In this document: positions 30,882 through 41,267 of the stretch, piece by piece
Layout of the letters: each line of letters opens with the position of its first letter
Position numbering within the stretch: position 1 is the stretch's first letter
Assembly: GCA_046759385.1 (NCBI GenBank)
Contig: JBHICC010000003.1
Coordinates: forward strand, 11,380-75,379
Reading direction: 5' to 3'
Length of the DNA: 64,000 nt
Origin: Acidiferrobacterales bacterium
GTDB taxonomy: Bacteria > Pseudomonadota > Gammaproteobacteria > Acidiferrobacterales > SPGG2
Position numbers and translations under genes: made by a program
The notes under the pieces: model-generated
Database searches by the model: none
What the model saw: the letters and a program-made list of their open reading frames with translations, nothing else
Told to the model about the DNA's origin: nothing

Positions 30882-31936
30882 GACCGCCCGTTTCCGGATG
30901 CGCTTAAATGACCGACCGTGGCCTCGTAATAATCCTGGTATCTTTCCATTAGATAGCATAAGCAATCCTGGCGGATCGCCTGGGCACTTAAGGTTAACAT
31001 CGCCGGGATCACGGATTTCGCGGTACGAATTTCCCTCTCTGCCAGCCCGAAGAACTGATTTGTAACATCGTGGCCACGTTCATCACGTACATCGAGATAT
31101 GCCTTGCAGTCCGGCCGTATCCAGCCGAACGTCGTTTCGATAGGAAGCTCGCGGAAGTTAAGTGTGTCGAGATCATCGACCAAGCGAATGTCGAGGCTAT
31201 CGTCGCCGAAGCCGAAGCTAGTCTCAGATGGGACTTTAACAATCGCCACCGTGTGAAAGAGATCGATGTCATGCGTCGCCACGGGATGGTTAGGGATCTC
31301 AGCCAGATGCAAGCCCGCCTCCAGATACTCTAAAGCGTGCTCTACGCCCCGCGACTCGCCCGGACGCCCGCATTCGACCGTAACTGCGGGGCACAGCTCT
31401 GAAAATGCCGCTACCTGTACACCATCGGGTTTCACGAAATAAACGACGGTACGCCCAAACAATGTAGCCAGGTGCAAAAAGCGATGATCGATGCGCCGCA
31501 CGCTAGCATAGTGCGGATTCATGCCACTCGTATTGTGGATGTCGATGCTTGCAAACACGCGATGTACGCGCATCTCCTCCACGACCTGTCGCACCATCTT
31601 GTGCTCCGGTAGAGGCTGCCTATCGGCGTTCGTTTCCCAGATCCGATTGTAGTCCGGCTGTCCAGGCAAGAAGCGCTCCCGCAAGCGGGCGGCAAGCACG
31701 TTGCCGACAAACACAGACAGTGCTCGTGGAAGCTTCTTGTCCTGATACTTACGCAGCAACTCGCGAACCGCCAGCCAGCCGGTATCCTCGTTGCCATGCA
31801 AGAGCACCGAGACGAATAACGGCTGCGGGCGCCGCCCGGACAAATGCATCAGTGTAGGTCCCGGCAGTACCTCGTGTAGGCGCGGCGCCTCCAGTTCCAA
31901 CAAACCCTCCGGCACGCTGTTGATCACATTTAACAT
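30878..31936 (-). CDS. succinylglutamate desuccinylase/aspartoacylase-family (M14-like) zinc hydrolase
   Basis: Zn-binding HGNEDTG (HxxE) near the N-terminus. Size ~350 aa. Confidence 0.72.
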   Translation of the reverse strand: MLNVINSVPEGLLELEAPRLHEVLPGPTLMHLSGRRPQPLFVSVLLHGNEDTGWLAVRELLRKYQDKKLPRALSVFVGNVLAARLRERFLPGQPDYNRIWETNADRQPLPEHKMVRQVVEEMRVHRVFASIDIHNTSGMNPHYASVRRIDHRFLHLATLFGRTVVYFVKPDGVQVAAFSELCPAVTVECGRPGESRGVEHALEYLEAGLHLAEIPNHPVATHDIDLFHTVAIVKVPSETSFGFGDDSLDIRLVDDLDTLNFRELPIETTFGWIRPDCKAYLDVRDERGHDVTNQFFGLAEREIRTAKSVIPAMLTLSAQAIRQDCLCYLMERYQDYYEATVGHLSASGNGRS

Positions 31937-32560
31937 CTAAAGCTCCCACTCATGAACCGGTGCTCCGCCGCGCGGATGGGCACGGTATGCAGCCACCGGG
32001 CCTTCCACGTCCTTGCCATGTTTTTCTACATGCGCCCGCTGCCAAGCGGCGTCATTGCGCGCGCTGCGCACCCGCGCCTCGATGATATTGAGGAAGCGCC
32101 GAATCGCCCCAGGCGCGAGGCCCTGCTTTTCTAACCCGCGTTGGGGCATCGCCAAGAGCTCATCAAGCAGCAACGCCCGAATTGGCATGGGCTTACCTTG
32201 CAGCCAGACGATCTCCGCATCCAGCCCGTCCTTGGCGGCGGTGTAGAAGTTCGTCCGCGCCTGTTCGAACGGGAGCTGGGCTTCCGGCGCGCGCGCCTGC
32301 CTGGCAAGGGTATTGACCAGACCAAAGAACAGCGCGGCATTAGCGACGGTGTCAATTATACTCGGACCCGCGGGTACAACGCGATGCTCGATGCGTTTGT
32401 GCGGCCGTCCTTTAGGACAGAAACCTATCAAAGGCCGATTCCACCGCCAGATCGTGCCGTTGTGCAGGCGTAGATGCGGAAGTCGGGCCGACTCGTCTTC
32501 GATCGCCGTAGGCAGTAGGGGCGGGTAGAGCTGTAAGTTTTTGTATCTTCCCGAAACCAT
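31937..32560 (-). CDS. C-terminal half of a GCS2-type carboxylate-amine (glutamate-cysteine) ligase; probably a truncated remnant
   Basis: …LRLHNGTIWRWNRP…RIEHRVVPAGPS… resembles the C-terminal region of GCS2 proteins. Only 207 aa. An in-frame TGA lies two codons upstream of the ATG. Only 312 nt remain before htpG. Confidence 0.5.
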   Translation of the reverse strand: MVSGRYKNLQLYPPLLPTAIEDESARLPHLRLHNGTIWRWNRPLIGFCPKGRPHKRIEHRVVPAGPSIIDTVANAALFFGLVNTLARQARAPEAQLPFEQARTNFYTAAKDGLDAEIVWLQGKPMPIRALLLDELLAMPQRGLEKQGLAPGAIRRFLNIIEARVRSARNDAAWQRAHVEKHGKDVEGPVAAYRAHPRGGAPVHEWEL

Positions 32561-32800
32561 GCCTCAAGGAGTGCAGTCTCCTCGTGCAATCATGCTTTGA
32601 ATCGCTCAAAGTCGCGCTTGCTAAACCGGCTGCAGCTGATCTCTTGACCCAACGTGTAGCCCCTCCGACACTCGGCACGTTGGAGACTCAGCGCAAATCG
32701 CAGGCGAGTGTGCCAGCCCTTGTGCCGCCCCACAAGGCGAATCTGCCCGAGATATTTGCTCGGTGAGGCGTTTACCGTAGAGTGTGGTCATGCGCCCGCT

Positions 32801-32830
32801 CTTGAATCCCCGCACCTCAGTCCCTAGTAA
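32801..32830 (+). promoter_or_regulatory. putative sigma-32 (heat-shock) promoter of htpG
   Basis: CTTGAA (32801-06), then 15 nt, then CCCTAGTAA (32822-30), compared with consensus CTTGAA-N13-15-CCCCATNT. Lies 43 nt upstream of the htpG ATG. Confidence 0.4.
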
Positions 32831-32872
32831 TATGGAGTTACCTATCAACGTATTGAGGAGCATTGCCGCCCC

Positions 32873-34771
32873 ATGAGCGTGGAAGCACATAAAGAAACGC
32901 TTGGTTTTCAGACGGAAGTCAAGCAGTTACTCGATATCGTCATTCACTCCTTGTATAGCAACAAAGAAATCTTTCTGCGTGAGCTGATATCTAACGCCTC
33001 GGATGCGGCCGACAAACTGCGCTTCGAGGCGCTTTCCGACGATGCCCTCTATGAGGGCGACGCCGAGCTTCAGATCGGGATCGCCTACGACAAGAAGGCG
33101 CGCACGATCACGGTGTCGGATAACGGTATTGGCATGTCGCGCAGTGAGATAATCGACAATATCGGCACAATTGCCAAATCAGGCACTCAGGAATTCCTCA
33201 AGGCGCTGACGGGTGACCAAGCCAAGGATGCAAAGCTGATCGGCCAATTCGGAGTTGGGTTCTACTCCGCCTTCATCGTTGCCGACAAAGTAACGGTGAT
33301 CAGCCGTCGAACAGGCCTAGGCGCCGAGCACGGCGTGCGTTGGGCGTCTGAAGGTAAAGGCGACTACACGCTGGAGACAGTGGAGAAGGCCAGTCGTGGT
33401 ACCGATGTTATTCTTCACCTGCGAAAAGGTGAGGACGAGTTTCTCGACAATCACCGGTTACGCACTATCGTTCGCAAGTTCTCTGATCACATCAGCTTGC
33501 CCATCCTAATGCAGGCGGAGGATAAGAAAGACACAGAGGATGAAACTGTCAATCGCGCGTCTGCGCTGTGGGCCCGCCCCAAGAAAGAGATCGAGAAGGA
33601 GGAGTACGAGGAATTCTATAAGCATGTGGCACACGACTTCGAGGCGCCGCTCGCATACACCCACAATCGAGTCGAGGGAAAGCAAGAGTATATTTCCTTG
33701 CTATACATCCCAGCGCGTGCGCCCTTTGATATCTGGGACCGCACTGGGCGTCTGGGAATCAAGCTTTATGTTAAACGGGTGTTCATTATGGACGATGCCG
33801 AGCAGCTGATGCCCGCTTATCTGCGATTCGTGCGCGGCGTGATCGATTCAAGTGATCTGCCGCTTAACATTTCGCGCGAGATCCTGCAAAAAAGCAAGGC
33901 AATAGACACGATCCGTGCCGCTTCCGTGAAGAAAATATTGGGCTTGCTCGAAAACATCAGTAAAAAGGATAAAACGCAGTACGCAACTTTTTGGAAAGAG
34001 TTCGGTAAAGTATTGAAGGAGGGCATGGTCGAGGATGTCGCGAATCGCGAGCGCATCGCAAAGCTGCTGCGTTTCGCATCAACTCACAACGACAGCGAAA
34101 GACAAGATGTCTCACTGGAAGATTATGTGGGTCGCATGAAGGAAGGCCAAGACAACATCTATTACATCACTGCTGACAGCTTTGCCGGTGCCAAGAACAG
34201 TGCTCATTTGGAGATCTTTCGTGAGAAAGGCGTCGAGGTACTTTTACTTTCCGATCGCATTGACGAATGGCTAGTGATACATCTCAACGAATTCGACAAG
34301 AAACCACTTCAGTCCGTGGCAAAAGGCGAGCTTGATCTTGGCAAGATGCAAACTAAGGATGACAAAGAGCAACAACAAGAGGTGTTTGAAAAACACAAGG
34401 AATTCGTAGAGCGCCTAAAGAAAGCCTTAGACGAGCGGGTTAAGGACGTGCGCGTCACCCAGCGCCTTACCACGTCAGTCGCCTGCCTAGTGGTCGACGC
34501 CGAAGACATGAGCGGCAATCTGGAGCGCCTTCTGAAGTCCGTGGGCCAGGATGTGCCCATGGGAAAACCGATCCTGGAGGTTAACCCAAAACACGCCATC
34601 GTATGTCAAATAATCGCAGAAGACGACGATAACCGCTTCGGGGAGTGGGCGCAGCTACTCTTCGATCAAGCGCTGCTAAGCGAGGGTGCCCAGCTCGAGG
34701 ATCCGGCAGGCTTCGTGCATCGGCTCAACGATTTGCTCGTACAGCTCGCCGAAGCAAGAAAAGGTAGCTGA
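32873..34771 (+). CDS. htpG: molecular chaperone HtpG (Hsp90)
   Basis: [38 protein letters not shown] is a canonical Hsp90 N-terminus. Confidence 0.96.
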   Translation: MSVEAHKETLGFQTEVKQLLDIVIHSLYSNKEIFLRELISNASDAADKLRFEALSDDALYEGDAELQIGIAYDKKARTITVSDNGIGMSRSEIIDNIGTIAKSGTQEFLKALTGDQAKDAKLIGQFGVGFYSAFIVADKVTVISRRTGLGAEHGVRWASEGKGDYTLETVEKASRGTDVILHLRKGEDEFLDNHRLRTIVRKFSDHISLPILMQAEDKKDTEDETVNRASALWARPKKEIEKEEYEEFYKHVAHDFEAPLAYTHNRVEGKQEYISLLYIPARAPFDIWDRTGRLGIKLYVKRVFIMDDAEQLMPAYLRFVRGVIDSSDLPLNISREILQKSKAIDTIRAASVKKILGLLENISKKDKTQYATFWKEFGKVLKEGMVEDVANRERIAKLLRFASTHNDSERQDVSLEDYVGRMKEGQDNIYYITADSFAGAKNSAHLEIFREKGVEVLLLSDRIDEWLVIHLNEFDKKPLQSVAKGELDLGKMQTKDDKEQQQEVFEKHKEFVERLKKALDERVKDVRVTQRLTTSVACLVVDAEDMSGNLERLLKSVGQDVPMGKPILEVNPKHAIVCQIIAEDDDNRFGEWAQLLFDQALLSEGAQLEDPAGFVHRLNDLLVQLAEARKGS

Positions 34772-34779
34772 TCGACCAT

Positions 34780-35157
34780 TCAGCGGCTGGTGGGCGATCG
34801 GCGCAAGCGATCTCGCCAATTTCTCTGTCTCGGAAATTGCAACAGCATCAGCACAAGTGAAAACAGCCAAAGCACGTAGAAGTCGGCCTGCAACCCAACT
34901 AGCACAAACAGCATCAATCCCATCACGGCCGGCATTTCGCTCAAAGCAAAGGCAATCATCGTGCCGTGCGCAAATCGCTTGACCGCTTGGTGAGTATCAT
35001 CCGAAGGTCTGACGGCGCTGATCCTTCGTTGAATGGGCCTGATCGCGATCGTCAATGCGACGGCCAATCCATAGCATCCATACTGCAACGACGCCCGCAG
35101 ATCCGCTGCTAACACGCCAGCAAACCCCCGACTGCGTAGAATTTCTACGACAAGCAC
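34780..35157 (-). CDS. hypothetical membrane protein
   Basis: Three or four hydrophobic segments. No recognisable family. Convergent with htpG (8-nt spacer). Confidence 0.4.
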   Translation of the reverse strand: MLVVEILRSRGFAGVLAADLRASLQYGCYGLAVALTIAIRPIQRRISAVRPSDDTHQAVKRFAHGTMIAFALSEMPAVMGLMLFVLVGLQADFYVLWLFSLVLMLLQFPRQRNWRDRLRRSPTSR

Positions 35158-35283
35158 ATAGAAAAGAGACTGGCAATCAGACCGCCGCAGGCAATTGCCG
35201 TCACATGATAAGACTTTGCAAGCGCGTCGATACGATGGACGGGTGTCGACATGCCGGTCAGAGAGATTACCTGGCGAGTAATT

Positions 35284-35898
35284 CTAGAACTTCTTCGCGT
35301 AGCGGCGTTTGTAGCGAAGTACTTTTTTGACGTATTTGCGCGTCTCAGCATAGGGCGGTATGCCTTTATGCTGCTTGACTGCGCCTTCCCCTGCATTGTA
35401 GGCCGCAAGCACCAAGTGCATTTTATTGTTGAACTGCTCTATCAGCTCGCTGAGGTACCGCACGCCGGCACGCACATTCTGCACGGGGTCATAGATATCA
35501 CTGACACCATAGCGGTGTGCCGTGTCGGGCATCAGCTGCATCAGACCCGACGCACCTTTGCGTGACCGGGCATACGGATTAAACGCGGACTCCGCATGCA
35601 TGACGGCTTTTATTAGGGCCGCATCAACGTCGTAGACCCGCGCCATGCGCCGGATGATTCGATCGTAGGCCGCGGGGTCGCCTCGGTGGCGTGCATCGCT
35701 GCTGCGAGCAGCAATCGCGGCGCCGCGTGCCTGGGGCGCCTTGCGCACGAGCGTGTACTGGCTCCCAGTCAGCGCGTAGTCGGTAAACGCCCATGAGCCG
35801 TCGGTTGCCTGATAGACATACATCGCGCCTTCGACATGATTCGTGGTCCCCGTTAGCAGCAGACCGATCAGGACAGCAACTGTTACCCTTGCTCCCAT
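35284..35898 (-). CDS. lytic transglycosylase (DUF4124 + SLT domain)
   Basis: SLT catalytic motif ESAFNPYARSRKGASGLMQLMP. N-terminal signal-like MGARVTVAVLIGLLL, hence start moved to 35898 within ORF 35284..35955. YVYQATDGSWAFTD is DUF4124-like. Confidence 0.78.
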   Translation of the reverse strand: MGARVTVAVLIGLLLTGTTNHVEGAMYVYQATDGSWAFTDYALTGSQYTLVRKAPQARGAAIAARSSDARHRGDPAAYDRIIRRMARVYDVDAALIKAVMHAESAFNPYARSRKGASGLMQLMPDTAHRYGVSDIYDPVQNVRAGVRYLSELIEQFNNKMHLVLAAYNAGEGAVKQHKGIPPYAETRKYVKKVLRYKRRYAKKF

Positions 35899-36119
35899 TA
35901 GGCAGGCCCTCTCGTGCGTTCTCCGCTCGGCAGTTCGCTGCACAGGCCATGCCATCCGAAGCTAAAATCGAAACGCAAGGTAACGTATTGAATTTATTAT
36001 ACTTAAACACGACGTAGCCCAGACCGGGGCAGCCCCCAACGGGTGCGACCAACGGGCTACGTCAGGAAGGTTGACTTACTGGGCGTGGCGCTTTGATCTA
36101 TCGACTGTCCTGGACCCGC

Positions 36120-36166
36120 GGGTGGTGAACCGTCAGTCGTTAGTCACCACCCACCTTTTGTTTTTT
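36120..36166 (+). terminator. orphan intrinsic-terminator-like hairpin on the plus strand
   Basis: 9-bp stem gggtggtga/tcaccaccc (36120-28 / 36144-52), 15-nt loop, then accTTTTgTTTTTT. There is no plus-strand CDS upstream within 1.3 kb. Confidence 0.4.
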
Positions 36167-36239
36167 CGCCCCTTTACTCAAGCCGAGCGAGGTGCGAAGG
36201 CGAAGCGCAAGCGCGAAGCGGCCGGGCAGGGACCCCGGT

Positions 36240-36433
36240 GTTCGCGCCAGGGGCAAGGATGCCCCTTGCGCGAACCTTCTGAGACGAGCGTCGAGGGAAG
36301 GAACCGCGCACCTGACGTTTAGGGTGCGCGGCGCAGAGTCAGGGGCAAATGGCTTTGGTGACTTTCGCCGAAACGAAAGTCACCCGTCGCGCGGGGGCGG
36401 AACCCCGCTAGTATGTCGTCGCCGCTAGGCGAC
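36240..36433. repeat. cluster of five GC-rich inverted repeats (REP-like / structured purL 3' region)
   Basis: IR1 36240-75 (16-bp arms, 1 mismatch, loop agga). IR2 36304-31 (9 bp). IR3 36357-84 (11 bp perfect). IR4 36391-408 (6 bp). IR5 36418-33 (6 bp, abuts the purL stop). Confidence 0.55.
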
Positions 36434-36435
36434 AC

Positions 36436-39400
36436 TTAACCTACCCACACACGCGCATTACGAAACAGCCGCAGCCACGGCCCGTCGTCAGGCCAGTCGT
36501 CCGGATGCCAGGAGTTATTGACAGTGCGGAACACGCGCTCTGGATGCGGCATCATGATCGTGAAACGTCCATCGGGCGTTGTCAGCCCAGTGATACCGGC
36601 GGGGGAACCGTTCGGATTGTAGGGATAGGCTTCCGTCACCTCACCACGGTTGTCGACGAAGCGCAATGCAATCAACTGATCCCGCTCAGCCTCCCTCAGA
36701 TCTTGCTTCTCATCAAACTGAGCACGCCCTTCTCCATGCGCCACCGCAATCGGTAATCTTGATCCTTCGATCCCGCGCAGAAAGATCGACGGATTCCGCG
36801 GCACTTCCACCATGGACACGCGTGCCTCGAACTGCTCAGAGTGATTTCGCACAAAATACGGCCAACACGAGGCACCGGGAATAAGCTCGCGCAGGTTCGC
36901 CATCATCTGGCAGCCGTTACATACCCCCAACGCAAACGTATTGGTTCTGTTGAAGAAGGTGGAAAATTCATCACGCGCACGGTCGTTGAACAGAATTAAC
37001 TTAGCCCAGCCTTGGCCCGCACCTAGCACGTCACCGAAGGAAAAACCTCCGCATGCGGCAAGGCCAGTAAAATCTTCGAGCGATGCTCGCCCATCGATGA
37101 TATCGCTCATGGTCACATCGACAGCCGTGAAGCCGGCGCGGTCGAAGGCGGCGGCCATCTCTACATGGCCGTTCACACCTTGCTCGCGCAAGATTGCAAG
37201 GCGAGGCTTTTCGCCCTTGATGATAAACGGCGCGGCAACATCTTCGGCGGGATCGAACGATAGCGTCGCACTCAATCCCGGATCACCCACGTCCAGGATG
37301 CGGTCGTATTCTTCTTGGGCACACTGCGCATTGTCACGCAATGACTGCATCTTGAATGTGGTCTCGGACCATGCGCGCTGCAAATTCACACGTGGCTCGC
37401 TCAAGAGCACCTTACCCTTATGTGTGAAGGTAATACTGTCATCCTTGGTTATCGTGCCGACGACGTGTGCGTGCGCCCCGAGCCCTGCCTTCAATAACGC
37501 GCCGAGAATCCCACCTTCGTTTTTGCCCTTACCTCCCAAACGATCCCGCGGCACTTGCAAGACCGCTCCTAGCTCTTCCGAAAAAAGCGCGGCCACCGGG
37601 TCACGACCGAGCGCAGTGAGATCAAGAGATACGCCGGTGCGGCCAGCAAACGCCATTTCACAAACGGTGGCAAACAAGCCACCGTCTGAGCGATCGTGGT
37701 AAGCGACAACGTGGCCGAGCTCGTTGAGCGCTTGGATGACGTGGAAGAAAAGCTTGGGCACCCGTGGATCGTCGATATCCGGGGCAACATGGCCAGTCTG
37801 ATTGTAGACCTGCGTCAGTGCCGAACCGCCTAGGCGGTTTCGGCTCTTGCCGAGGTCGAGCACGAGCAACACCGTTGGACCGCAGTCATGCCGTAGCGCC
37901 GGCGTCAAAGTCTTGGTGACGTCCAGAACCGGCGCGAACGCCGACACAACCAAAGACAACGGCGCCGTCACCGCTCGCTCGGTGCCTTCTGCATCGCACC
38001 ACATCGTTTTCATAGAAAGCGAGTCCTTGCCAACCGGGATGGACACACCGAGTGCAGGGCAGAGCTCCTCCGCGACAGCGCGCACCGTATCAAACAGCGC
38101 CGCATCCTCACCGGGATGACCCGCGGCTGCCATCCAGTTTGCAGAGAGCTTCACGTCGGGTAACTTCTCAATGCGCGCGGCTGCCAAATTAGTCAATGCC
38201 TCACCCACAGCCATGCGCCCGCTCGCCGCAGGATCGATCAGCGCAACCGGTGTACGCTCACCAATCGCCATCACCTCGCCGGTGACCCCTTGGTAGCTGC
38301 TAGCAGTCACCGCGACATCCGCGACTGGCACCTGCCAAGGCCCGACCATCTGGTCGCGGCACACCAATCCCGAAACCGTGCGGTCTCCGATCGTAATGAG
38401 AAAGGTCTTGTCAGCAACGGCCGGCAATCGCAGCACGCGATACGCCGCCTCTTTGACATCAATGTGGCGTGTCTTAAAGCGCGGAAGCTTGCGTTTCATC
38501 CGCTTGACGTCAAGTACTAACTTCGGTGGGTTGCCGAATAGAACAGCAAGGTCGAGGTCAATGGGGCGGTGCCCGCGGTCCGCATTTGCGGACTCTATTG
38601 TCCCGCCCGTCGCAAACAGATTGTCTTCTAGTACGATCCTCCGGTCGTCCGTGACGGTACCAATTACGGCAACCGGGCAACGTTCGCGCTCGCAGAGCGC
38701 ACGAAACGTGGCCAGGCGAGTCGAATCAATAGCAAACACGTAACGCTCCTGGGCTTCGTTAGCCCAAATCTCCATAGGCGACATTCCGGGCTGATCATTA
38801 GGAATCGCGCGCAGATCGAATTGCGCGCCTCGCCCGGCTCCGTCGACCAACTCGGGTAGCGCGTTCGATAACCCCCCGGCACCGACATCATGAATGGACA
38901 GAATCGGGGTACGCTCACCGAGCGCCCAGCACTGGTCGATCACTTCCTGACAGCGGCGTTGCATCTCCGCGTTGTCGCGTTGTACCGAAGCGAAATCCAG
39001 ATCCTCCACGCTGGTGCCACTGGCCATACTGGAAGCGGCACCGCCACCCAAACCAATCAACATTGCCGGTCCACCGATGACAACCAACGGCGTACCCACA
39101 GGAACATCCGCTTTGCGAATGTGCTGGGCGCGGATGTTGCCGACGCCACCGGCCAACATAATCGGCTTGTGGTAGCCCCGGACTTCGCTGTTTACCTGTT
39201 CACAGAACGTCCGGAAATAGCCACCGATATTCGGGCGTCCAAACTCGTTGTTAAACGCCGCACCGCCGATGGGCCCGTCGAGCATGATCGCAAGCGCGCT
39301 TGCTATCCGGTCGGGCTTTCCGAAGTCTGTTTCCCATGGGCGCTCGGCCCCCGGAATCAGCAGATTCGACACCGAAAAACCGGTAATGCCCGCTTTCGGT

Positions 39401-40440
39401 TTTGCACCTCTCCCTGTCGCCCCCTCATCACGAATTTCTCCGCCTGAACCCGTCGCCGCCCCGGGATACGGCGAGATCGCCGTCGGATGGTTATGGGTTT
39501 CGACTTTCATCAAGATCGGTGTGACGTCTTCCTGATAGCAGTACGCCTTGGTGACGGAATCCGGGAAGAAGCGACCAACGCGAAAGCCTTGCATAATAGC
39601 GGCGTTGTCGGCATACGCGACGAGCGTGCCGCGCGGGCTACGCTCGTGTGATTGCTGAATCATGGCGAACAAAGAGGCGCCCTTGGCACGACCGTCGATG
39701 ACCCAGCTGGCGTTAAAAATCTTGTGCCGGCAATGCTCAGAGTTAGCCTGGGCGAACATCATCAGTTCGACATCAGTAGGGTTGCGCTGCATACGCCTGA
39801 AATGACCGACGAGATAGTCGATTTCGTCAGGCGATAGCGCCAAACCGAGTTCGGCGTTAGCGTTGACCAACGTCTCCGCCCCACCTCCCAGCAAGTCGAC
39901 GACAGATACCTGTGTCGGCTCGGACTGAGAGAACAATGCTGCGACCTCACCGAAGTCGTTCAGTACACTCTGCGTCATTCGGTCATGGATAGCGGGCAGC
40001 AAGCGATCACGCTCTTCCGACGTCAGAATGTCGTCATGCTGCTTGACGAAATACCAAGCGATGCCCCGCTCGACACGCTTCACCCGTTTCAGCCCGCACA
40101 AGCGCACGATATCCGTCGCCTTGCTCGCCCAGGGTGAGATGGTCCCTAATCGTGGAACGATTAGAACAAGCTTAGCTGCGTGCTGTTTAGGGGCCGGGGT
40201 CGGCCCATAGGCCAACAGTTGGTTCAACACCGCGGTCTCGTCGGGGTTCAAGGGCCCCGACGTATCGGCGAAATGCCAGTACTCCGCATAGACCTGCTCC
40301 ACGGTAGGCACGAGTTCACGTAGCTCGCGCAACAGCTTCTCCCTTCGGAAAGCTGACAGCGCTGGGGAACCCTGTATTTGCTGGACATGCACGTCCTGCT
40401 GGTGCGCGCCAGATTGGGGCTGCGATGTCGGTGCCGTCAT
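36436..40440 (-). CDS. purL: phosphoribosylformylglycinamidine synthase (large single-chain type)
   Basis: About 1300 aa with …[14 protein letters not shown]… near the N-terminus and a C-terminal glutaminase domain (GVCNGCQMM). The start may be GTG 40392 rather than ATG 40440. Confidence 0.96.
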   Translation of the reverse strand: MTAPTSQPQSGAHQQDVHVQQIQGSPALSAFRREKLLRELRELVPTVEQVYAEYWHFADTSGPLNPDETAVLNQLLAYGPTPAPKQHAAKLVLIVPRLGTISPWASKATDIVRLCGLKRVKRVERGIAWYFVKQHDDILTSEERDRLLPAIHDRMTQSVLNDFGEVAALFSQSEPTQVSVVDLLGGGAETLVNANAELGLALSPDEIDYLVGHFRRMQRNPTDVELMMFAQANSEHCRHKIFNASWVIDGRAKGASLFAMIQQSHERSPRGTLVAYADNAAIMQGFRVGRFFPDSVTKAYCYQEDVTPILMKVETHNHPTAISPYPGAATGSGGEIRDEGATGRGAKPKAGITGFSVSNLLIPGAERPWETDFGKPDRIASALAIMLDGPIGGAAFNNEFGRPNIGGYFRTFCEQVNSEVRGYHKPIMLAGGVGNIRAQHIRKADVPVGTPLVVIGGPAMLIGLGGGAASSMASGTSVEDLDFASVQRDNAEMQRRCQEVIDQCWALGERTPILSIHDVGAGGLSNALPELVDGAGRGAQFDLRAIPNDQPGMSPMEIWANEAQERYVFAIDSTRLATFRALCERERCPVAVIGTVTDDRRIVLEDNLFATGGTIESANADRGHRPIDLDLAVLFGNPPKLVLDVKRMKRKLPRFKTRHIDVKEAAYRVLRLPAVADKTFLITIGDRTVSGLVCRDQMVGPWQVPVADVAVTASSYQGVTGEVMAIGERTPVALIDPAASGRMAVGEALTNLAAARIEKLPDVKLSANWMAAAGHPGEDAALFDTVRAVAEELCPALGVSIPVGKDSLSMKTMWCDAEGTERAVTAPLSLVVSAFAPVLDVTKTLTPALRHDCGPTVLLVLDLGKSRNRLGGSALTQVYNQTGHVAPDIDDPRVPKLFFHVIQALNELGHVVAYHDRSDGGLFATVCEMAFAGRTGVSLDLTALGRDPVAALFSEELGAVLQVPRDRLGGKGKNEGGILGALLKAGLGAHAHVVGTITKDDSITFTHKGKVLLSEPRVNLQRAWSETTFKMQSLRDNAQCAQEEYDRILDVGDPGLSATLSFDPAEDVAAPFIIKGEKPRLAILREQGVNGHVEMAAAFDRAGFTAVDVTMSDIIDGRASLEDFTGLAACGGFSFGDVLGAGQGWAKLILFNDRARDEFSTFFNRTNTFALGVCNGCQMMANLRELIPGASCWPYFVRNHSEQFEARVSMVEVPRNPSIFLRGIEGSRLPIAVAHGEGRAQFDEKQDLREAERDQLIALRFVDNRGEVTEAYPYNPNGSPAGITGLTTPDGRFTIMMPHPERVFRTVNNSWHPDDWPDDGPWLRLFRNARVWVG

Positions 40441-40450
40441 GGCATACGCG

Positions 40451-41230
40451 CTAGACTGGCGAGGCTAACAGAGTACGCCAGGCCAAACCGGAGCGCTGAC
40501 TGGCCACCTGTATCCATTCTGGCGCACACTGCAAGATCGTGCTTAGCGCGGCCCGGGCAAGCTCAGGGGTATTGTTGGTCTCGCTCAGATGCATCGCTAC
40601 CAGGTGTTGCAAACGACGGTGATTCAGACGAGAGAGCAGCTCGGCCGCGTCCGCGTTGTCTAGATGGCCAAATTGACTGGCAATGCGCGTCTTGACCGGT
40701 TCCGGATAGGGTCCGCCCCAAAGCATCTCACGATCGTGGTTGCATTCCAGGAACAGGCCGTCGCAGTCATACAGCACGGATTCGATGTGGCTTGTGATGC
40801 TACCGGTATCGGTGAGAAGGCCCAAGCGGACACTACCCGCGGAGAAAGCGAACTGGCTTGGTTCGCGGGCGTCGTGCGGGACGGGGTACGGCGTAACGAG
40901 AATATCCCCGATCTCAAAAGGCTCGTGTGGACTGAACAACTGTACGGTCGACAGCGGCGTGAGTAAAGCTTTAAGTGCACGGAACGTCCCGACGGTCATC
41001 CACACGGGCAAATTGAAGCGCCGTGCGAGTGCTCCGACCCCTCTCGCGTGGTCGGCGTGCTCATGGGTCAACAGTAAGGCACTGAGACGAGTCGGCTCAC
41101 ACCTCAGTCGTGCCAGGCGCATTGTAGTTTCCCGCTGCGAGAATCCGCAGTCCACCATCAAGCAGGTGGAGCCGCTTTCGACAAGGAGGGCGTTTCCCCG
41201 GCTGCCGCTGCCGAGGCACGCGAAGCGCAT
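40451..41230 (-). CDS. MBL-fold metallo-hydrolase
   Basis: HEHADH (HxHxDH) motif. N-terminus [14 protein letters not shown]. Confidence 0.85.
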   Translation of the reverse strand: MRFACLGSGSRGNALLVESGSTCLMVDCGFSQRETTMRLARLRCEPTRLSALLLTHEHADHARGVGALARRFNLPVWMTVGTFRALKALLTPLSTVQLFSPHEPFEIGDILVTPYPVPHDAREPSQFAFSAGSVRLGLLTDTGSITSHIESVLYDCDGLFLECNHDREMLWGGPYPEPVKTRIASQFGHLDNADAAELLSRLNHRRLQHLVAMHLSETNNTPELARAALSTILQCAPEWIQVASQRSGLAWRTLLASPV

Positions 41231-41267
41231 GCCGGATCGCTGTGTGATCAGCCGCTAACTTCCTTTG

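Noticed and set aside
36941-37702. 253-aa plus-strand ORF (and several shorter ones) inside purL
   Set aside because: It is antisense to the unmistakable PurL sequence. The composition is Ser/Pro/Arg/Ala-rich low complexity.
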